Source: a virus
Direction: 5' to 3' (one strand)
Length of the DNA stretch: 64,000 nucleotides
IMG/VR virus record: IMGVR_UViG_3300034068_000566
Location: 1 to 64,000 of that record
The notes under the pieces were generated by a model. That model saw only the letters and a list, made by a program, of their open reading frames with translations. It made no database searches and was not told the DNA's origin. Positions 29,549 through 40,512 of this stretch are shown in pieces (the first letter of the stretch is position 1; each line of letters starts with the position of its first letter). Both the position numbers and the translations under genes were made by a program.

Positions 29549-31477
29549 ATGGCAACAGTAAATAAAGATTTTAGAATTAAGCACGGTCTCGTCGTTGAAG
29601 GTTCAACTGCAACAGTTAACGGCAAGAATATTATCACAGCAGGCGTCGTTGATGCTAAGGGTGATTTAATTGTAGGTAGTGCAGATGATGCAGTAGCTCG
29701 TTTAGGCGTTGGCTCAAATGGTCAAGTCCTTACAGCAGCATCAGGTGCAACATACGGAGTTCAGTGGTCTGATCCAGCAGCCGTTGGCATCTTCCAAACA
29801 GAAATTACTTTTGAGGGTTCAACAGCAAATGATTTTGAAACTACTCTTACACTTGTAGATCCAACAGCAGATCGTACAATAACATTTCCAGACGCAACAG
29901 GAACTGTAGCACTTACTTCAGATATTACTACAGCGGTAGATGCAATTACAACAACTGTTATTGAAGAAGGAACAAACCTTTACTTCACAGATGAAAGAGC
30001 ACAAGATGCCATTGGAGACAATGTCGGAACTGGTCTTTCATATAATGATACAACAGGTGCAATATCTGTAACAGCAAATACCTATGATGCATATGGCGCA
30101 GCTGCTTCAGCACAAACTGCTGCAGAATCAACTGCTTCAGGATATGTATCAACACACGCCAACCTAACAGAAGCACATGGCGCAAGTGGTGCGGTAGTTG
30201 GAACAACTAACACACAAACTCTTACAAACAAAACACTTACTTCACCAAAAATTAATGAAGATGTAGTTCTTACATCTACAGCTACAGAGCTTAACGTTCT
30301 TGACGGAATCACAGCCTCTACTGCTGAACTTAACCTTCTTGATGGAGTAACAGCTACAACTGCTGAACTTAACATCCTTGACGGAGTAACTGCTACAGCA
30401 GCAGAGATTAACCTTCTTGATGGAGTGACTGCTACTACAACTGAACTTAACTATGTAGACGGAGTAACTTCAGAAATTCAAGGTCAGATTGACCTAAAGG
30501 CTCCTCTTGCATCACCAGCACTTACTGGAGTACCTACTGCTCCAACTGCAGTAGCAAGTACTGATACAACTCAGATTGCTACAACAGCATTCGTAAAAGC
30601 AGCAGTAGCAGGACTTGTAGATGGTGCACCAGCACTTCTTGACACTCTTAATGAGTTGGCAGCAGCAATTAACGATGATGCTTCATTTGCTACAACACTT
30701 ACTACATCAGTAGGAACAAAGGTTTCAAAGGCTGGCGATACAATGACTGGACTTCTTGTCCTTTCAGCAGATCCATCAGAAAACCTTGGTGCAGCAACAA
30801 AGCAGTACGTTGATACAGCAGAATCAGATGCAAACACTACAGCATCAGGATATGTTTCAACACACTCAGGCCTTACAACTGGTGTTCACGGTGTAGCTGG
30901 TAATGTTGTTGGTACAACTGATACACAAACATTAACAAACAAGACAATTGATGGCGCAAGCAATACTCTTACAGTACGAATTGCAAATGATGTTTCTGGT
31001 CTTGGAACTGGCGTAGCCACATTCCTTGCCACACCATCTTCTTCAAACCTTGCAGCAGCATTAACTGATGAAGCAGGGTCTGGAACAGTAGCATTTACTA
31101 CTAGCCCAACTTTTGTTACACCAACTCTTGGTGCAGCATCTGGTACAAGCCTTGCTCTACCAGATTCTCTTGTTGGATCTTCAACAGGAACTGCTGGAAC
31201 TTCAGCAACTACAGTTGACACATGGTCAGCAACAACTTATTCAAGCGCTAAATACTTAGTTCAGATGAAAAAATCTGGGGATATTGAAACAAGCGAAATT
31301 CTTGTAACAGTAGACGGAGCAAACAATGTATATATTACAGAGTATGCCAATGTAATTAGTAATGCTGCCCTTGGAACAATTACTGCAGCCTATAGCGCTG
31401 GAAATGTTGTTCTTACAGTTGCTGCAACAGCAGCAGATACTTCAGTTAAGTTACACAAGACTTACGTTGAAGCATAA
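29549..31477 (+). CDS. Long tail fibre
   Basis: 14-aa TAELN.LDG.T repeats, NLYFTDERA, SPALTG.PTAPT, LDTLNELAAA. Confidence 0.8.
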   Translation: MATVNKDFRIKHGLVVEGSTATVNGKNIITAGVVDAKGDLIVGSADDAVARLGVGSNGQVLTAASGATYGVQWSDPAAVGIFQTEITFEGSTANDFETTLTLVDPTADRTITFPDATGTVALTSDITTAVDAITTTVIEEGTNLYFTDERAQDAIGDNVGTGLSYNDTTGAISVTANTYDAYGAAASAQTAAESTASGYVSTHANLTEAHGASGAVVGTTNTQTLTNKTLTSPKINEDVVLTSTATELNVLDGITASTAELNLLDGVTATTAELNILDGVTATAAEINLLDGVTATTTELNYVDGVTSEIQGQIDLKAPLASPALTGVPTAPTAVASTDTTQIATTAFVKAAVAGLVDGAPALLDTLNELAAAINDDASFATTLTTSVGTKVSKAGDTMTGLLVLSADPSENLGAATKQYVDTAESDANTTASGYVSTHSGLTTGVHGVAGNVVGTTDTQTLTNKTIDGASNTLTVRIANDVSGLGTGVATFLATPSSSNLAAALTDEAGSGTVAFTTSPTFVTPTLGAASGTSLALPDSLVGSSTGTAGTSATTVDTWSATTYSSAKYLVQMKKSGDIETSEILVTVDGANNVYITEYANVISNAALGTITAAYSAGNVVLTVAATAADTSVKLHKTYVEA

Positions 31478-31511
31478 TTTAAAAATACAGTAAAAAGAAA
31501 AGAGGACGGGA

Positions 31512-31964
31512 ATGGCAACTACTACTAAAGACTTTAAAGTTAAACACGGTTTATCCGTAGTCAATGGAGGTTCCTTTGGTGGAACGGTAGTAGTTGCTAC
31601 CCCAACCGAAAATACACATGCAACAACAAAAGCATATGTTGATGGTCTTGCTGGGATAACAATAGCAACAACAGCACCAGCAATAACAAGAAATGGACAG
31701 TTCTACTTTAATCCAGATACCTACCACTTATCAGTCTCTTATGACAGTGAGTGGTTAGTTTTGGCAAATTATATGGACACTGTAAATCTTCCACAGCACA
31801 TCCACGACACCTCTATTGGTGGAAATGGCTTACTAACTACAATTTTCCAGGATGCAGGATTCTATTATGAAGTCCCACTATCATTTAATGATGCTAGTTT
31901 TTATAATAATGCTATCTGGGAAATTCTTTTTGACGGCGGTATGGCAGTAGATAACTTCAACTAA
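31512..31964 (+). CDS. Tail fibre-associated protein
   Basis: KDF.VKHGL.V N-terminus as in 29549; HATTKAYVD. Confidence 0.6.
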   Translation: MATTTKDFKVKHGLSVVNGGSFGGTVVVATPTENTHATTKAYVDGLAGITIATTAPAITRNGQFYFNPDTYHLSVSYDSEWLVLANYMDTVNLPQHIHDTSIGGNGLLTTIFQDAGFYYEVPLSFNDASFYNNAIWEILFDGGMAVDNFN

Positions 31965-32017
31965 ATTGATGTTATAATAATATAAGTAATGGGTAGCACC
32001 CAAAAGGAGAACTAAAT

Positions 32018-34231
32018 ATGGCAACTAGAATGCAACAGCGCAGAGGAACTGCAGCTCAGTGGATATCTTTAAATGATGGAGATGGCCCAATTCTTGCTGC
32101 TGGCGAAATTGGTTTTGAGAGCGATACTGGTCAGTTTAAGATCGGTAATGGAGTCAGCCATTGGACAGATCTTTCATATTTTAAAGACTTTGGCGATCTA
32201 GGCGGATCATTAGACGACTATATTGAACTTACAGCTAAAGGAGCAGCATCTGGAGTTGCAGAACTCGATGCTACATTTAATGTTTTAACAAAGACTGGCG
32301 TTGTTTTTGAAGGCGCTACAGCAAATGATTTTGAGACAACTTTACAGGTAACAGAGCCAACAGCTGATCGGGCTATCACACTTCCAAATGCTACAGGAAC
32401 AGTTGTTCTTGCAGATGGCAGCGGTAACGTAACAGTATCAGGAGACTTAACAGTATCAGGTACAACTACTATCATTGACAGCACAACAATTAATGTTCAA
32501 AATAACATTAGATTTGAAGGAACAACACCAAATGATTTTGAGACAAGCTTAACAGCAGCAGATCCAACTGCAGACAGAACTATCACACTTCCAGATGCCA
32601 CAGGAACAGTTGTTCTTGAAGATGGAACTCAAACACTATCTAATAAGACAATTAATTTAAATGCAAACACTTTAAACACTACTCTTGCTCAATTAAATAC
32701 AGCAGTATCTGATGCCGATGTTGCTTCACTTGCTGGATCAGAAACATTAACTAATAAAACTTTAACATCTCCAAATGTTAATGAAGCAGTTGCTCTTACA
32801 GCAACATCTACAGAGTTAAATATTCTTGACGGAGCAACCGTAAGTGCTGCAGAACTAAATATTCTTGATGGCGTAACATCTTCAACCGCAGAACTAAATA
32901 TTCTTGACGGTGTTACATCAACAGCTGCAGAATTAAACGTACTTGATGGAATTACTTCATCTACTGCAGAACTAAATATCCTTGACGGAGTAACAGCAAC
33001 CGCAGCACAAATAAATGTTCTTGGAAGCCTAACTGCTACTGCAGCAGAATTAAACATTCTTGACGGTGTTACATCTACTACAGCAGAGATAAACAAACTT
33101 TCTGGAGTAACCGCTACATCGGCTGAAATTAATACTTTGTCTGGAATTACTTCCACTGTTGCAGAATTAAATATTCTAGATGGTGCACTTTTATCTGTAA
33201 CAGAATTAAACTATCTAGATGGTGTTACTTCTGCAATTCAAACACAGATTGATGCTAAAGCAGATACTGCTGCCCCTACATTTACAGGAACAGTTGTTCT
33301 TCCATCTACAACATCAATTGGAACAGTAACCTCAACAGAATTAGGATATATTAGTGGAGTAACCTCAGCAATTCAAACTCAGATATCTGGAAAGCAATCA
33401 GTTGTTGCTAATGTTTCAGATGTTGAGATTGGATATTTAGATGGCGTTACTTCTCCAATTCAAACTCAATTAGGAAATAAGCAAGCAGTTGTTGCCAATG
33501 TTTCAGATACTGAAATAGGATACCTTGATGGAGTTACATCCGCAATTCAGACCCAACTTGACGCTAAACTAGCATCTGCAACAGCAGCATCAACTTATGC
33601 CCCTCTAGTATCTCCAGCACTTACTGGAACACCTACAGCACCATTGGCAGTAACTGGAACTAATACAACGCAGGTTGCTACAACAAGTTTTGTACAGCAA
33701 GAACTTGCCGTATTAACAACTGGCGCACCAGCAGCACTAAATACGCTTGATGAACTGGCAGCAGCCCTAGGTGATGATGCTAACTATGCAGCTACAATTA
33801 CAACAGCACTTGGAAATAAGGCTCCACTTGCCTCTCCTACATTTACAGGAACAGTTACTCTTCCTGCAGCAGGAATTGTATTTACAGATGGCACACAAGC
33901 AAAAGAAGGTGTTCCTTCTCGTACACCAATTATTGCAAAGACAGATTCTTACACACTGTCAGCATTAACTGAAAGAGATTCATTGATTGAAGTTGCAAAA
34001 GCAACAGCAACAACAGTTACAATCCCAACAGATGCAACTCTAAACTTCCCAATTGGAACATCTATTGATATTCTTCAAACTGGAGCGGGACAAGTAACGA
34101 TTGCCCCAGTATCAGGAACAGTTACAGTCAATGCTACACCTGGATTAAAGCTTCGTACAACTTGGTCATCTGCAACTCTTCTTAAAAGAGCAGCAAATAC
34201 TTGGGTTGTATTTGGCGATCTAACAGCGTAA
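32018..34231 (+). CDS. Long tail fibre (Mtd-N-like N-terminus, 14-aa repeats)
   Basis: QRRGTAAQW...LAAGEIGFESDT..FKIG.G; many AELNILDGVT repeats; WVVFGDLTA end. Confidence 0.8.
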   Translation: MATRMQQRRGTAAQWISLNDGDGPILAAGEIGFESDTGQFKIGNGVSHWTDLSYFKDFGDLGGSLDDYIELTAKGAASGVAELDATFNVLTKTGVVFEGATANDFETTLQVTEPTADRAITLPNATGTVVLADGSGNVTVSGDLTVSGTTTIIDSTTINVQNNIRFEGTTPNDFETSLTAADPTADRTITLPDATGTVVLEDGTQTLSNKTINLNANTLNTTLAQLNTAVSDADVASLAGSETLTNKTLTSPNVNEAVALTATSTELNILDGATVSAAELNILDGVTSSTAELNILDGVTSTAAELNVLDGITSSTAELNILDGVTATAAQINVLGSLTATAAELNILDGVTSTTAEINKLSGVTATSAEINTLSGITSTVAELNILDGALLSVTELNYLDGVTSAIQTQIDAKADTAAPTFTGTVVLPSTTSIGTVTSTELGYISGVTSAIQTQISGKQSVVANVSDVEIGYLDGVTSPIQTQLGNKQAVVANVSDTEIGYLDGVTSAIQTQLDAKLASATAASTYAPLVSPALTGTPTAPLAVTGTNTTQVATTSFVQQELAVLTTGAPAALNTLDELAAALGDDANYAATITTALGNKAPLASPTFTGTVTLPAAGIVFTDGTQAKEGVPSRTPIIAKTDSYTLSALTERDSLIEVAKATATTVTIPTDATLNFPIGTSIDILQTGAGQVTIAPVSGTVTVNATPGLKLRTTWSSATLLKRAANTWVVFGDLTA

Positions 34232-34261
34232 TAAAAATTCAATAAAAAATAGGAGATATAA

Positions 34262-35248
34262 ATGGCATCAGGTAAAAAAATAGGCAAGAAGTCTCAAGCG
34301 TCAAATGACTTCTTAGAGCCAATGGCTCCTACTGGTGTAACAGCAACAAATGTTGGAACTGGAAGAGCCTTTAATAATGGAGCAGCTACAGTTACATTTT
34401 CTTTGCCTGCACTATCTCCTGCTGCTTCATCATTTACTGTAACCTCATCACCTGGCGGATATACTGGCACTGGAGCATCTTCTCCAATTACAGTAGCTGG
34501 ACTTCAATCTGCCACAGCCTATACATTTACCGCAACAGCTACTAATGCTGCAGGAACATCTGTAGCCTCTTCTGCTTCAGCTTCTATTACCGCAACAACA
34601 GTTCCAGCAACTATGTCTGCTCCAACCCCAACTGCTGGAGTTAATCAAAACTCAATTGCTTTTTCAGCACCAGCAACTGGTGGATCTACAATTACAGGAT
34701 TTACCGTAACAGGCTCTGATGGTACATCTGGAACTGGAGCATCTTCTCCAATTGTTATTGCAGACACTGGTGGAACTTCTCAGACATATACAGTTAGGGC
34801 AACTAATGCTAACGGTACTGGTTCAGCTTCATCTGCATCTGGATCTATTACCACTACCCCGCCATTTTTCCCACCATTCTTCCCACCTTTCTTCCCGTTC
34901 TTCCCACCATTCTTCCCTCCGTTCTTCCCTCCGTTCTTCCCACCATTCTTCCCATTCTTCCCGTTCTTCCCACCATTCTTCCCTCCGTTCTTCCCACCTT
35001 TCTTCCCACCATTCTTCCCATTCTTCCCACCATTCTTCCCACCTTTCTTCCCTCCATTCTTCCCACCGTTCTTCCCATTCTTCCCATTCTTCCCATTCTT
35101 CCCACCATTCTTCCCACCTTTCTTCCCACCTTCATTCCCATTCTTCCCTCCATTCTTCACAGCACCTTCTTGCCACACTTGCAATGGCTCTGATGCCTAC
35201 TGGGGCTACTATGGCTGTGGTTACCCAGGAGAAGTTGTTTGCAACTAA
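34262..35248 (+). CDS. Two Fn3 domains + 100-residue (PPFF/PFF)n tract + Cys-rich tail
   Basis: APTGVTAT...GLQSATAYTFT..ATNAAG (Fn3); Pro/Phe tract; CHTC...C...C. Confidence 0.8.
   Translation: MASGKKIGKKSQASNDFLEPMAPTGVTATNVGTGRAFNNGAATVTFSLPALSPAASSFTVTSSPGGYTGTGASSPITVAGLQSATAYTFTATATNAAGTSVASSASASITATTVPATMSAPTPTAGVNQNSIAFSAPATGGSTITGFTVTGSDGTSGTGASSPIVIADTGGTSQTYTVRATNANGTGSASSASGSITTTPPFFPPFFPPFFPFFPPFFPPFFPPFFPPFFPFFPFFPPFFPPFFPPFFPPFFPFFPPFFPPFFPPFFPPFFPFFPFFPFFPPFFPPFFPPSFPFFPPFFTAPSCHTCNGSDAYWGYYGCGYPGEVVCN
34858..35158 (+). repeat. Pyrimidine-rich coding repeat (CCN CCN TTC TTC)n
   Basis: 18 PPFF, 8 PFF and 1 PPSF units. Confidence 0.95.
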
Positions 35249-35296
35249 GCAGATATCAATGATTATGATATACTTGTATAAAGAAAAGGAGAACTA

Positions 35297-35743
35297 ATGA
35301 TTAAAGATATTGATATTCAACATAGTTTTAGTAGAGATAAGTTAGCAGGAGCACCATTAGTATTTGTTATTGATGGGGAGTGTCTTTATAATTTTAATGC
35401 AACACTTCCTGGCATTGACCTATTTACAAAAAATAAAGGCATTACAGATATATCTGCTGACTACCCAGAGCACGATGGGGCTACACTTCAAATTGTTAAA
35501 GAAAATGATGAAATTGAAGTCTATCAAACTAACGAATACTTTGGTTCAGTTTTACTAAGCAATCCAACAGTTCTTGATTTAAATGATTATCCTTATGGAC
35601 ATCATGTTATGTCTCCAGATGCCTCATTTGATGGAGAAAAGTTTATTATTAAAAATAAAACGGTTGCTGAACATGTACGATTAACGGAATGGCATATTCA
35701 CAATCCTAAAAATCCAAATTATGTACCCCATCCAAACGTTTAA
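35297..35743 (+). CDS. Hypothetical protein, paralog of 26751
   Basis: High identity to 26751..27176. Confidence 0.7.
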   Translation: MIKDIDIQHSFSRDKLAGAPLVFVIDGECLYNFNATLPGIDLFTKNKGITDISADYPEHDGATLQIVKENDEIEVYQTNEYFGSVLLSNPTVLDLNDYPYGHHVMSPDASFDGEKFIIKNKTVAEHVRLTEWHIHNPKNPNYVPHPNV

Positions 35744-35779
35744 TTTTTTTATTATATAATTACAACAAAGGAGTTTGTT

Positions 35780-36013
35780 TTGTCAGAAAAAAGCGCATGG
35801 GAAAAATATAAAGAAAAAAATGGGGTAACTCCACTAGATATGCTTAATCCACATACAAAGCGTATACCACATGAATCTGCTCAAAAAAGATTTGATATTT
35901 GTAAGGAGTGTCCAGAATTAATAAAACTTACTTCTCAGTGTAAAAAATGTGGTTGTTTCATGAAAGTTAAGACTACTCTTGAGATTGCTAAATGCCCACT
36001 AAATAAGTGGTAA
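35780..36013 (+). CDS. Small Cys-rich protein (DUF6171-like)
   Basis: RFDICKECP...QCKKCGCFM..K......CP..KW. Confidence 0.6.
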   Translation: MSEKSAWEKYKEKNGVTPLDMLNPHTKRIPHESAQKRFDICKECPELIKLTSQCKKCGCFMKVKTTLEIAKCPLNKW

Positions 36014-36086
36014 CACTCGCTATATATTGCTTTAAATAGCACTTTTATGCTATAATAAAACTATACCATTAAAAGATAGGAATCAC

Positions 36087-36806
36087 ATGCAAGCATATGA
36101 TGAAAACGATAATCACTGGTTTACTAAAGATAGATCAGAAACAGCCTCAACAAGAATTTCCCGATTGATGCCTCAAAGTAATATCCCGATTAGCAATCCA
36201 GGATTAGGTTTAAATATTTATCATAATGTTTTTTCAAAAGATGATTCAGATAGATATATCAATACTCTTGAGCACAATCTTTCAGGGGATAATAAGTATA
36301 AGTGGTCTGAAGCACAGGTAACAAACTCTACTGTTCCAATCAAAAAAGCAAGAGATGCTGTAGACTTTAAATATAAGCAAGAAAATCTTGGTCCAAGAGA
36401 TGAACATAATGCTGATCTGATTGATTTGCATGAAGAGATATATCAAAAACTAAAATTGTGCATAGATGATTATGCACACTACTGGGGAATAAATGTTACA
36501 TATTATGAAGCATTTAACTTTGTAAAGTATGAAGGTGAAGGAACTCACTTTAATATACATGCTGATCATGGTCCAGCTTATAATTGTACTGTTTCTGCAG
36601 TAATTTATATTAATGATGATTACGAAGGTGGAGAAATTAAGTTTCCAAGATTAGATAATTTTGTTCATACCCCAAAGGTTGGAGATATAGCAATCTTTCC
36701 TTCAAACTATATATATGAGCATGCTTCTTTGCCAATGAAAACAGGAACAAAATATTGTGTTGTCATTATGACAGACATTAATCTTTTAGGTCACACAGGA
36801 AATTAA
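36087..36806 (+). CDS. 2OG-Fe(II) oxygenase
   Basis: HADH...YINDDYEGGEI.F...FPSN..Y.H...KY. Confidence 0.9.
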   Translation: MQAYDENDNHWFTKDRSETASTRISRLMPQSNIPISNPGLGLNIYHNVFSKDDSDRYINTLEHNLSGDNKYKWSEAQVTNSTVPIKKARDAVDFKYKQENLGPRDEHNADLIDLHEEIYQKLKLCIDDYAHYWGINVTYYEAFNFVKYEGEGTHFNIHADHGPAYNCTVSAVIYINDDYEGGEIKFPRLDNFVHTPKVGDIAIFPSNYIYEHASLPMKTGTKYCVVIMTDINLLGHTGN

Positions 36807-36819
36807 CATAGGAGAAAAT

Positions 36820-37491
36820 ATGAATACAGAAAATACAACATCAGCACCTTGGAGCAGCTATGAAGAGATTGCTCCAGGAATTTTTGTTTACCACGACGTT
36901 CTGCCAACAGAATTAAACATTATTGATAGGCTGGAAGAGGTTTTGAATAATGACAGACCAAACTATAATTGGCAACCAGCCTATGTTGGTTATCAACAAA
37001 GAATGCCAGAGTATAGAGATTGCGTTGATTTTAAATTTAAGAAAACAGACATTGAAAGAGATGTATCTCCAGACTCCTTAAAACTTCAGGGCATTTGGCA
37101 AGACTGTTATGATAGACAAAAGTTAGCAGTAGAAGATTACTGCAGACGCTTTAATATTAATAACCTAAGATACTGGGAAGCTTTTAATTACATTAAGTAT
37201 GAGCCTGGTCAACACTTTATGGAACATCATGATCATGGATTTTCATATAACTGTACATTGTCTCTAGTTGCTTATATTAATGATAATTTTGAAGGCGGAG
37301 AATTATTCTTTAGACTTCAAGGAATTACGTATATTCCAAAAGCTGGGGATGTTGTATTGTTCCCATCTAACTTTATGTATCCACATCAAGCTAAGGTTGT
37401 TCATTCTGGGACAAAGTATTCTTTAGTAACAATGCTTGACTATAGCGATAAGTATCACACTCCAGAGATGTATCAAGAGACTGGATCATAA
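36820..37491 (+). CDS. 2OG-Fe(II) oxygenase
   Basis: HHDH...YIND.FEGGEL.F...FPSN..YPH...KY. Confidence 0.9.
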   Translation: MNTENTTSAPWSSYEEIAPGIFVYHDVLPTELNIIDRLEEVLNNDRPNYNWQPAYVGYQQRMPEYRDCVDFKFKKTDIERDVSPDSLKLQGIWQDCYDRQKLAVEDYCRRFNINNLRYWEAFNYIKYEPGQHFMEHHDHGFSYNCTLSLVAYINDNFEGGELFFRLQGITYIPKAGDVVLFPSNFMYPHQAKVVHSGTKYSLVTMLDYSDKYHTPEMYQETGS

Positions 37492-38204
37492 TGTCAATTA
37501 TCACTGCTTATAGAAAAACACCAATGGCATTGAATATAGAGCCAATGTCTATAAAAAGAGATTGGATGGATGAAACTCCACAGGGTCATGCCTATAGATG
37601 TCATCCAGTCACATCTGCCAATGTTATTGGCTGGAGTATATCTTCACCAGTAGACATAAAGTTCATCTGGAATGGTGTTAATGATACAAGCGGAGATAAT
37701 GTTACTATACTTGAAGGAAAAGAGTATGTTTATACTGGAAGAGGACAGTCAACAGTTAGTTTTAATACTGGATTTATTTTAAGAACAGATGAAAAAACTA
37801 GCGTATTGACAATAACTCCACAAAACTATTTTAATGAAGATGTTGAGGTTATGTCCTCTCTCATATCTACTTCTTTTTTAAATACAGATTTTCCCTTAGC
37901 AATTAAATGCAAGGTAGCAAATAAAGAAATTACTATTAAGGCAGGTTCACCCATAGCAACCATAATTCCTATCTCTTTAACTTCTTTAAAAGATGAGTCT
38001 GTAGAGATAGTCAACTTTGTACACACACAAGAATATTCTGATGCTTTAAACTCATATGGTAAAGCAGCTCAAGAAGTAAACCAGAGTGGAGAGTGGACTG
38101 ACTGGTATAGAAATGCTGTAAATGAAAAAGGCGAGTCTATTGGATCACACGAAGTTAAAAATTTAAAATTAAACGTTATTGATAATACAGGAGGCAAACA
38201 GTGA
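37491..38204 (+). CDS. DUF6065-like protein
   Basis: RDWMD.T...HAYRC.P...AN..GW motif. Confidence 0.65.
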   Translation: MSIITAYRKTPMALNIEPMSIKRDWMDETPQGHAYRCHPVTSANVIGWSISSPVDIKFIWNGVNDTSGDNVTILEGKEYVYTGRGQSTVSFNTGFILRTDEKTSVLTITPQNYFNEDVEVMSSLISTSFLNTDFPLAIKCKVANKEITIKAGSPIATIIPISLTSLKDESVEIVNFVHTQEYSDALNSYGKAAQEVNQSGEWTDWYRNAVNEKGESIGSHEVKNLKLNVIDNTGGKQ

Positions 38205-38926
38205 AGATCATTGAGTTTATAACTAATAGGCCTTGGCTAAATAAAGATAGTAAATCAAAGCCAATACCAATTTCAAGATCAATGCCACAGTGGTATAAAG
38301 AAGCTGATAGGTTTGCTAAAAAACCAGATGGAGAATATTGGATAGGACCAGACAAAGGAAAGATCCCTACATGGAAAGCCTGTCCTGCAATTCTTGATAT
38401 TTTAACAACTGGGTATAGCCTTGTAACCCCCTGTGATATAGAATTTTTCCTTGATGGCGCAGGGCAAATTGATGTTAAAACTGAAGATCCAATGTATAAA
38501 GATTTTGCTACAAGAAGAACTCCCATGCCACAATTTCGTCATCCAGAAGGATATTATAATTATCACTTTGCATGGATGCCAGATTGGGCAGTAAAGGTTC
38601 CAGATGGCTATAGCGTTTTATATGTTGCTCCATTTAATAGATACGATCTTCCAATTATGACAGTTTCTGGAATTATTGATAATGACAAAGTTAACTTGCC
38701 TGGATCTTTTCCATTTTTTGTACAAAAAGGTTGGACTGGAGTTCTTCCAGCAGGAACTCCTTATGCTCAGTTGCTTCCATTTTTGAGGGAAGATTGGAAA
38801 TCCGAAATAACTGTTCCAACTGCTTCTGAAATGATGAATCATAATATAGAAAATAGTAAAAAATATCGTGTCCCAGATGGCGGAGTTTATCAAAAAGAAG
38901 TCTGGACTAAGAGATTCTACGAATAG
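38201..38926 (+). CDS. Hypothetical protein distantly related to DUF6065 (possible dUTPase-like beta fold)
   Basis: P.WYK...T.K.CP...D....GY...P.D...W....P.GYS...SGIID.D...GTP.AQ..PF.R. Confidence 0.5.
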   Translation: MKIIEFITNRPWLNKDSKSKPIPISRSMPQWYKEADRFAKKPDGEYWIGPDKGKIPTWKACPAILDILTTGYSLVTPCDIEFFLDGAGQIDVKTEDPMYKDFATRRTPMPQFRHPEGYYNYHFAWMPDWAVKVPDGYSVLYVAPFNRYDLPIMTVSGIIDNDKVNLPGSFPFFVQKGWTGVLPAGTPYAQLLPFLREDWKSEITVPTASEMMNHNIENSKKYRVPDGGVYQKEVWTKRFYE

Positions 38927-38944
38927 GAAATGGTATAATAAAAC

Positions 38945-39625
38945 ATGAAACAAAATAACGAGTCGTACACAGTAGTTAAAAGAACACCATCTATAACTCC
39001 ATCTGGTTGGTTTGGAGATAGCAAAGACATGATTGTCGAGCTAGAAAATTTTATGACCCCAGAAGAGATTGAGTTTTTAGAAAAAGCTGCTAAGTCTTTG
39101 ACAATTTGGGATGTAACTGAAAGCCATATGAATGAAAATGGGACTGTTACATATGACTCAAACTATTGGAAAGACAGAGTTGCTACTAGCCCAACATTAA
39201 ATAAAAATGATCCAACCATCGCACCAGTAATTGCTGGATTATTTCAAAGATTAAAACCAATTGTTGAAGAATTTTATAAGGTAGAAGTCGTTCCAACTGG
39301 AACAACTATTGTTAAATGGCTTCCTGGACAATTTCAAAAACCTCATGCGGATAAAGAGTTACATGAAGGTCCTGATGCTGGAACTCCTAATGACTTTCCA
39401 AATTATGACCTATCTAGTCTATTTTATTTAAATGATGACTATGAGGGTGGAGAATTATACTTTCCTATACAAGGTGTACAGTTTAAGCCTAAAAAAGGAG
39501 CTGCATACTTCTTCCCAGGAGATAAAAACTATATTCATGGAGTTACTGAAATCAAAAGTGGCCTAAGATTTACATGTCCATTTTTTTGGGAAATTACTAA
39601 GCATACAGGAGATAGGCAACCATAA
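38945..39625 (+). CDS. 2OG-Fe(II) oxygenase
   Basis: HAD...YLNDDYEGGELYF...HGV...R. Confidence 0.9.
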   Translation: MKQNNESYTVVKRTPSITPSGWFGDSKDMIVELENFMTPEEIEFLEKAAKSLTIWDVTESHMNENGTVTYDSNYWKDRVATSPTLNKNDPTIAPVIAGLFQRLKPIVEEFYKVEVVPTGTTIVKWLPGQFQKPHADKELHEGPDAGTPNDFPNYDLSSLFYLNDDYEGGELYFPIQGVQFKPKKGAAYFFPGDKNYIHGVTEIKSGLRFTCPFFWEITKHTGDRQP

Positions 39626-40512
39626 TGACATATCCTTGGCCAAACAATAATAAACTTGAGTCAATAGAAATATATCCAAATATTGTTGTGTACAAAAATC
39701 TTTTTAAAGATATTGAAAAATCTTATAAAATTTTAACAGATTCTTTATCAGAAACAGAAGATGGTTTGTTTAATCCTTGGACCACTTGGTCTGTTTTTGG
39801 GGAATACTTAAATCCAATAACTCCTCAATTTTCAATGAATGATAGATATGGAAATATGAAAGATGTAGAAACATCAACAGAAACGCAAGAAAATCATAAA
39901 AACTTTGTAATTGAAATGATGGACAATTTTTATTTAGCTACAGAAGACTATATCAAGAGCCATAATTTAGACGTAGATTTAGATGCAATGTCTATAAATG
40001 ATGATGGGAATCCTATTCCAACATGGAGATGGGCTGGTGGAACTATAGGTAAATATCATGTAAGTAATGAAGACAGTAGAGTTGGAATGAACTATCATTC
40101 AGACTATATAAGAGAGCAAGGTCATACCCCAGGTTATAAGTTTGTAATAACATCTACAATATATTTTAATGATAACTATGAGGGTGGAGAAATTGATTTT
40201 GCAATGGGAGACAAGCTTGTAAAGTATAAACCAGAAGCAGGAGATGTTTTAGTTTTTCCATCAGGGCACCCAGACTATCTGACAGAAGAAGGAAAACCAT
40301 ATTTACATGGAGTTATGCCATCATATAAAAATAATAAGTTTTTGTCAAGAATGTATTGGCAAAAATATCAAAAAGGAACTGATGATTGGTATGAAAAAGA
40401 AAAAGAGTTTGGAAAAGATGTTTGGGCGGAAATGCAAAAAGATTTAGACGAACAGTTTAGACTAAAGCACCCGCAAAGAGCTGTAATAGAAAATGGAGTA
40501 AGAATACAATGA
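39625..40512 (+). CDS. 2OG-Fe(II) oxygenase
   Basis: HSD...YFNDNYEGGEI.F...HGV...K. Confidence 0.85.
   Translation: MTYPWPNNNKLESIEIYPNIVVYKNLFKDIEKSYKILTDSLSETEDGLFNPWTTWSVFGEYLNPITPQFSMNDRYGNMKDVETSTETQENHKNFVIEMMDNFYLATEDYIKSHNLDVDLDAMSINDDGNPIPTWRWAGGTIGKYHVSNEDSRVGMNYHSDYIREQGHTPGYKFVITSTIYFNDNYEGGEIDFAMGDKLVKYKPEAGDVLVFPSGHPDYLTEEGKPYLHGVMPSYKNNKFLSRMYWQKYQKGTDDWYEKEKEFGKDVWAEMQKDLDEQFRLKHPQRAVIENGVRIQ

Noticed and set aside
32018-34231. Diversity-generating retroelement suggested by the Mtd-like N-terminus
   Set aside because: No reverse transcriptase or adenine-variable TR/VR pair was seen in the window; the 228-bp repeat differs mostly at synonymous sites
34858-35158. Possible CRISPR array or microsatellite
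   Set aside because: There are no unique spacers; it is an in-frame coding repeat
34719-35297. Ser/His-rich, GGKN-repeat and GRMV-repeat ORFs in other frames
   Set aside because: They are shadows of the PPFF repeat; the synonymous variation and Fn3 continuity favour the 34262 frame
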